A DNA stretch of 20,000 nucleotides from an uncultured virus (IMG/VR IMGVR_UViG_3300034062_006335) (taxonomy: Duplodnaviria > Heunggongvirae > Uroviricota > Caudoviricetes), in the IMG/VR virus record IMGVR_UViG_3300034062_006335; one strand, 5' to 3'. The stretch's first letter is position 1. Every line of letters starts with the position of its first letter. A program made the position numbers and the translations under genes. The notes under the pieces were generated by a model. That model made no database searches and was not told the origin of the DNA. It saw nothing but the letters and a program-made list of their open reading frames with translations. Shown piece by piece: positions 15,415-20,000 of the stretch.

Positions 15415-18239
15415 TCGAAACTAAGAGCCATTAAATCACCATCTATATCAAATTCAAAATAATCATCAATATCTATTTTCTTCTGTTGAATAACAAATTC
15501 TTCCATTAACTTTTTGTTATTTTCAACCCAATCAACATCCACTAAATCAACAGTACCATCCAAATACATATAGTAAGGGTCAATACCTACGTTTTTCCAA
15601 AACGTTAATTCCATGTCAGATAAAGTTAATACTTCTTCTAACGTATCTTGGTGAGCCTCTTTCATGGGGTAACCACGTACTAATTCGGTTTGAGACTTAG
15701 TAAAGATAGGTCTATCTTTTGGGTCTTCAATTAAAATGTCTTCTCTAATTTCAGGTTTATAAACAACAAGTAATGGTTCAATTCTTTTATTAAATGCTGC
15801 TAAATATCTTGGAACATTATACTCACCTAATAAATCAGGATTCATTTCTATATCACGTTCATCAATCAAATAACAATTTAAAACCAATTCATCTTTTTTC
15901 TTTTGAACATCTCCGTGTGATTTCTTCTCACCATTATTTACATAAAAAATCGTATCACCAAGACCAGGATTTTTACCTTCTTTAATCAAAAGTTCCATGT
16001 GTGCTTGACGGGACATCATATTTCCGGCCTTTGTTGTTTTAGTGATGTGAACTTTATAATCATCAATTGATTGTTTGACGCGAGCTTTGTTTGCAATCTT
16101 TGCCAAAGGAATTTGTCTGTTATAAAGTTTGTCTACGTATTCATAGTAGAAATCTAAAAACTCACCACCCTTACCATCCAATAACATTCGAAGACCTTTG
16201 TCCAAAAATTCAGCAACATACGTTTGAAGTTTTTTAGATTTAATTGTATTACCTGTAAGTTTCACTTTACCCTTGTCTGTAAGAAGTGCGTAGTTTTTAC
16301 GAGCCACATTAATCGTTGAAGGCCAAACACCGTCAATATCTAATCCCATTTCACCTCGTAAAAATAAATCATTGTATTCTGCTACATCAGCCTCAGCTCC
16401 AACATATTCTTTACCTTCTTTAACAAGACCATTTAAACCTTGACCTATATACTTATACTCTTCTCTATCTTGTGGAGTTTCAAAGTTCACACCGTCCGTG
16501 TCCATTACAAGTGGAACATAACCTCTTTTCATAAAGAACATAATCATTTGACGAAGGTATTGTCTACCTGTACAAGTAATCTGTTCACCCATATCAATAT
16601 CACCCCACGGAAATACTTGTGGAGCCGATAATGAACCAAAGAATGCGTTGATGAAGATTTTAATTGGTAATTGTTTTCTGTCGTAAGAAATCGCAAGTTT
16701 TGGGTCAATAGATTTATATTCACTTGCTAAGTTCTTATATTTAATACGAGTATCGCGAAAATACTTTAACATACTTTTCATTGCTCCTGTCACATCACAT
16801 TTAGGGAATACGTCGTGAACCAACTGAATAGATGGGTATAGTGAAGAGTAGTCGAGCTTCAATACGTTTTTAGAGAACCCAACCTGTACCAAACGAGAAA
16901 GACCTCCTGTGAACTTTCTTTTTTCTAATTTTTTTGGTAGTGCTAAATTATGTTTATATGACCATGCGGCCATAATCATTTTCCATAATGTCGCAGTTCC
17001 CATAGTTGAAAGTCTCTCATATGTTGTTGGTACAAGTTTAGACAATAAGAAGTTTGCTTGATTAAACTGCTCATCTACTACCATCGTTTCATAAAGGTCA
17101 TCGTCCAAGTAGTCCTCAATAATTTTTGAACCTGTAACTAATTTATAAACATCATCTCTTCTTTTACAGATTTCATCTATTTTTGAATCAAATCCAACCT
17201 TTTTGTAAGCTCCATTTTCTTTGTTCATCCAATATTCAAGATTATCAAAATAGATTTTACCAATCTTATCACCTTCAACGTAAACACGATTTGGTTTTTC
17301 TGCTTCAATAAATTTGGTAATATACTTCAAAGACCAACTCTTAATATCTGAGTTGATTGCTTGTGCTCTACGAACTGCGTGCGCAATATCCACAATATTA
17401 TATCCCCACATCTGAGTCTGAACGTATGGTTCCATTTCGTTTGCTAACTTTAGGATACCATCTTTTTGTTTTAATGTATAATCAGGGTGTAAGGTCTTAC
17501 AGATTTTTTTGATGTTAACTTTTAATATTTCAGCTCTTTTTAAAATAAACGGGAAGTCAAAGAATGCTGAGTTGTAACCACCAATCAAAGATGGTTTTAA
17601 CTCATCGATAGTCTTAAAGAAATCAACAATCATTTGTCGTTCTTCATCTTCATTTTGTGCGGATAATAATTTTAGAAAACCACGATTGTCTTTCATCCCT
17701 ATCAAGAATATCTTACTTGTTTTGGGGTCAAGACCTGTGGTTTCGATATCGAATACAAACCTGTGGATTTCATCGTATTCATCAAAACCTTTGAATAATC
17801 TTTTACTTTTTTGAATTAAGTATTGTTCTACGGGTGATAATATTTGAATTGAGTCTGTATTATCTCTACCCCACGGGTCTAATCCACCACCCTTAAAGAA
17901 ATTTACAAGATTAGAATATGATTTGGTTGTTTTTACCAGATACTTCAATCCGTTTTCTAAACGTTCATCATTGTGAGTATCAAGTTTTTCTATGATAATA
18001 CCATTTTCACTCATTGCACGTTTTTGTGCGTGTTTGTCGTTCTTGTAAAAGTTTTTACCTTTCAAGTCACCAACCCAAGCAAATGGAATAAATGTATCGG
18101 GGCGTAATAATTTACCCTTAACAGGGTCTTGAATTACCTTATATATTTTAGATGATTTGTAATCGTATTCGAGTGATACGATATATTTTTCGTCGTCTTC
18201 GCCTAATAGGAAGCGTTCAATTTCTTCTTGTGGAACCAT
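15411..18239 (-). CDS. polB: Family B DNA polymerase with 3'-5' exonuclease
   Basis: ExoI FDIETTG, ExoII GYNSAFFDFPFI, ExoIII YLDDD, motif A LDYSSLYPSI, motif B KIFINAFFG, motif C MDTDG, RKNYA. Confidence 0.96.
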   Translation of the reverse strand: MVPQEEIERFLLGEDDEKYIVSLEYDYKSSKIYKVIQDPVKGKLLRPDTFIPFAWVGDLKGKNFYKNDKHAQKRAMSENGIIIEKLDTHNDERLENGLKYLVKTTKSYSNLVNFFKGGGLDPWGRDNTDSIQILSPVEQYLIQKSKRLFKGFDEYDEIHRFVFDIETTGLDPKTSKIFLIGMKDNRGFLKLLSAQNEDEERQMIVDFFKTIDELKPSLIGGYNSAFFDFPFILKRAEILKVNIKKICKTLHPDYTLKQKDGILKLANEMEPYVQTQMWGYNIVDIAHAVRRAQAINSDIKSWSLKYITKFIEAEKPNRVYVEGDKIGKIYFDNLEYWMNKENGAYKKVGFDSKIDEICKRRDDVYKLVTGSKIIEDYLDDDLYETMVVDEQFNQANFLLSKLVPTTYERLSTMGTATLWKMIMAAWSYKHNLALPKKLEKRKFTGGLSRLVQVGFSKNVLKLDYSSLYPSIQLVHDVFPKCDVTGAMKSMLKYFRDTRIKYKNLASEYKSIDPKLAISYDRKQLPIKIFINAFFGSLSAPQVFPWGDIDMGEQITCTGRQYLRQMIMFFMKRGYVPLVMDTDGVNFETPQDREEYKYIGQGLNGLVKEGKEYVGAEADVAEYNDLFLRGEMGLDIDGVWPSTINVARKNYALLTDKGKVKLTGNTIKSKKLQTYVAEFLDKGLRMLLDGKGGEFLDFYYEYVDKLYNRQIPLAKIANKARVKQSIDDYKVHITKTTKAGNMMSRQAHMELLIKEGKNPGLGDTIFYVNNGEKKSHGDVQKKKDELVLNCYLIDERDIEMNPDLLGEYNVPRYLAAFNKRIEPLLVVYKPEIREDILIEDPKDRPIFTKSQTELVRGYPMKEAHQDTLEEVLTLSDMELTFWKNVGIDPYYMYLDGTVDLVDVDWVENNKKLMEEFVIQQKKIDIDDYFEFDIDGDLMALSFD

Positions 18240-18257
18240 AATATACTATTTAATTTT

Positions 18258-18292
18258 GGTGTATTTGCTGTCACATGAGCATGACATTTACC
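18258..18292 (-). promoter_or_regulatory. Structured 5' leader of polymerase mRNA (candidate translational operator)
   Basis: GGU-AAA-UGUCAUG-CUCA-UGUGACA-GCAAAUAC-ACC: 7-bp hairpin (two G-U) plus possible GGU/ACC closure, between promoter and ATG. Confidence 0.5.
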
Positions 18293-18302
18293 TTTCTTTA
18301 AA

Positions 18303-18331
18303 AGTATAAGAGTAAGATTTATCCTTGTCAA
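18303..18331 (-). promoter_or_regulatory. sigma70-like promoter of the DNA polymerase gene
   Basis: TTGACA (18331-18326), N17, TATACT (18308-18303); near-consensus. The -35 overlaps the upstream TGA stop. Confidence 0.75.
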
Positions 18332-18681
18332 ATAATATTAATATATAATTCTTCTCGGATTGGAGAAATTAATTCACCATTTTCTAAAACAACCAAAAAT
18401 TCTCCGATAAATCTACCTTTGGTGTTTGTATCTCTACCTCCCCATTTATAATAAATGTAAAATTCCCACGGAGAGTCAGGGTTTCTTTTGTCTTTGGTTG
18501 TTAAATAAGCATCTTTCATAAAAATTTTATACAACCCAGTGTCTTCATTAACCATAGAAAATCTAAGTGTTGCGTTATCTAAAATACTATTCATTTCATC
18601 ATAAGCATCAGTTCTACCGTCCATGACAACATCCATTTTAATTATTGGTAAATTGGTGTTTTGTTTTATATAAAATTCCAT
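18328..18681 (-). CDS. Small putative virion protein, BppU N-terminal (Ig-like) domain-like
   Basis: MEFYIKQNTNLP.I, ATLRFSM, YKW...DT.TKGRFIGEF.V, C-terminal P....LYINI pattern. Confidence 0.55.
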   Translation of the reverse strand: MEFYIKQNTNLPIIKMDVVMDGRTDAYDEMNSILDNATLRFSMVNEDTGLYKIFMKDAYLTTKDKRNPDSPWEFYIYYKWGGRDTNTKGRFIGEFLVVLENGELISPIREELYINII

Positions 18682-18705
18682 CTTTTATTTTATAATCATT
18701 TTTTA

Positions 18706-20000
18706 TTAACAACTAGTAATTATTTGTACAACTACACCACCTTGAACGTTCAATATCACATAATTCGAAGATACTAGTACGATATAATAACCGGTAAAGA
18801 CATAATAATTACAAGTTGTTGTATTGCCATAGAAAACAGTACCAACTTGTATTTGTGATGTGTCCATATACATTAATCCAATAGCGCCATTCAATGTACA
18901 TGCCGAAGTTTGTAAACATGAAAGAGTTGAACACGCTGAAGAATAATTTGTGGTAAAATCTTGATATAATGTTGAACTCACATACAATGTTGGTGAAACA
19001 AAATTATGTGTTGCCGAACATGGTATTGGTGTTGGGTATGGAGGACATTCCAAACATGAACCTTGACCATAAACTAATCCATTCCATGTAACTGTTGATG
19101 GACCTGTAGTTGGTCCTGTTATTAAGTAACATTCACCATTTGTACCACCAAGAACATAATAGTTGTCTAAATTTTGGTATTGAGGTGGTACTGACATCAC
19201 CTCCGCATTAAATTCACCTGAACACGGTATTGCTTGTGCAAAAATGTATGAAGGTGTTGGAGTTGGGGTAGGTGTTGGAGTAGGAGTTGGGGTAGGTGTT
19301 GGAGTAGGAGTCGGTGTTGGTACAATGTCAGGAGTCAAACAATTAGGACACCAATAATTAAATAAGTTAAATTTTTCTTGTAAAATTCTAAAATTATGTT
19401 GAACCATTGGACTACTCATAGGTTCAGTGTACATTCTAAACTGAGAAAGACCTCCCATAAAAGTTCCCCCAAAAGTTTGTTCCATCAAAATCTCTGTTGT
19501 AAGTCCACTATAGGTGGTTGCTGATAAAATTTCATCAGGAAATAATTCGGGGTCTTGTCGGTACGGTCCTTCAATTGGAACATAGTTACCTGTGTAGGTT
19601 AAAGTACTTGCGGTTGAGGCGGTAGTAAAATAAGGTATAGTGTTAAATTTAGTATTTATCGTTCCCGACTGACCAGTTATTCCACTCAAAGTAATCACAG
19701 TGCCACTACAGGCGGTATAAACTAAATTTGTATTTATATTTCCAACCGACCAACTCCAAGTTGAGCATTCATCAAAAATTAAACTATCATGAAGTCCTTG
19801 GGTTCCTCCTCCCCATGAAATATTAAAAGGCACTCCAAGTTGTTTTTCTTTTTCTGTGTTTAGTTCACGAGGAATTATTTCTTCAAAATTTTCTATTACC
19901 ATAAACAAGTAACCATTAACATAAATTTTTAATCTCCCCATTCTATACCATTCATCATCAAACCATTTTTTGTCAAAAACTACTCTGTAAACTTTATTTT
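18706..20000 (-). CDS. Large modular virion protein: LamG/ConA-like domain, Pro-Thr linker, Cys-rich C-terminal modules (5' end beyond window)
   Basis: Frame stays open upstream of 19941 to the edge (NKVYRVVFDKKWFDDEWYRMGR...). LKIYVNG and FMGGLSQFRMY..PMS...V.HNF are LamG-like motifs. Confidence 0.75.
   Translation of the reverse strand, partial: NKVYRVVFDKKWFDDEWYRMGRLKIYVNGYLFMVIENFEEIIPRELNTEKEKQLGVPFNISWGGGTQGLHDSLIFDECSTWSWSVGNINTNLVYTACSGTVITLSGITGQSGTINTKFNTIPYFTTASTASTLTYTGNYVPIEGPYRQDPELFPDEILSATTYSGLTTEILMEQTFGGTFMGGLSQFRMYTEPMSSPMVQHNFRILQEKFNLFNYWCPNCLTPDIVPTPTPTPTPTPTPTPTPTPTPTPSYIFAQAIPCSGEFNAEVMSVPPQYQNLDNYYVLGGTNGECYLITGPTTGPSTVTWNGLVYGQGSCLECPPYPTPIPCSATHNFVSPTLYVSSTLYQDFTTNYSSACSTLSCLQTSACTLNGAIGLMYMDTSQIQVGTVFYGNTTTCNYYVFTGYYIVLVSSNYVILNVQGGVVVQIITSC
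19252..19320 (-). repeat. (Pro-Thr)11-Pro coding repeat with an exact 24-bp tandem duplication
   Basis: ggagttggggtaggtgttggagta at 19259-19282 and 19283-19306. Confidence 0.95.

Noticed and set aside
1759..16631. Antisense ORFs in the track (1759-2181, 2764-3144, 3590-3847, 5269-5514, 8335-8586, 11189-11389, 13045-13233, 13516-13707, 15794-15985, 16440-16631)
   Set aside because: Shadows of well-supported genes on the opposite strand, with no recognisable motifs
11396..18239. Eukaryotic giant virus (PolB, SNF2, TATA-like motifs)
   Set aside because: Sheath, tube and neck genes, a bacterial intrinsic terminator and a sigma70-like promoter indicate a tailed bacteriophage
15411..18239. Intein or intron in the DNA polymerase
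   Set aside because: Uninterrupted 942-aa ORF with ordinary motif spacing and no splice-junction or LAGLIDADG motifs seen
18258..18296. c-di-GMP-I riboswitch (GGYAAA...GCAAA resemblance)
   Set aside because: No GNRA tetraloop and no room for the second hairpin/receptor before the AUG; kept only as an unexplained structured leader
1533..18330. Stop-codon reassignment as in some large phages
   Set aside because: Genes are full length in code 11, and TAG (1533, 5022, 15414), TGA (13159, 18328) and TAA all end genes at sensible boundaries
19252..19320. CRISPR array or DGR-type repeat
   Set aside because: In-frame Pro-Thr coding repeat without spacers; no adenine-specific TR/VR pair or reverse transcriptase seen

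Overview
AT-rich, gene-dense segment of a large contractile-tailed (myovirus-type, distantly T4-like) bacteriophage. Genes lack Shine-Dalgarno motifs and have A-rich leaders, which suggests a Bacteroidota-type host. The window holds a tail/neck morphogenesis module: a repeat protein truncated at the left edge, tape measure, a gp26-like/gp51-like chaperone pair, tail tube, a 1077-aa tail sheath, gp15-, gp14- and gp13-like proteins, a BppU-like protein and a LamG/PT-linker protein truncated at the right edge. Interleaved are a HAD phosphatase, a SNF2 helicase, an Mn-type superoxide dismutase and a family B DNA polymerase. Three genes missing from the ORF track are added (the left-edge repeat protein, a 45-aa microprotein, a ribbon-helix-helix protein). 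Top observations: a candidate +1 ribosomal frameshift (UUU_UUU_CGC) fusing the two tail chaperone ORFs; a TATTTATA late-promoter motif, with a 12-bp inverted repeat positioned to occlude the sheath start; a structured polymerase mRNA leader; an unrecognised ~55-aa repeat; a Cys module shared by two virion proteins; and possible capsid-targeting N-termini on SOD and HAD. All family calls come from motif recognition by eye, not database searches.
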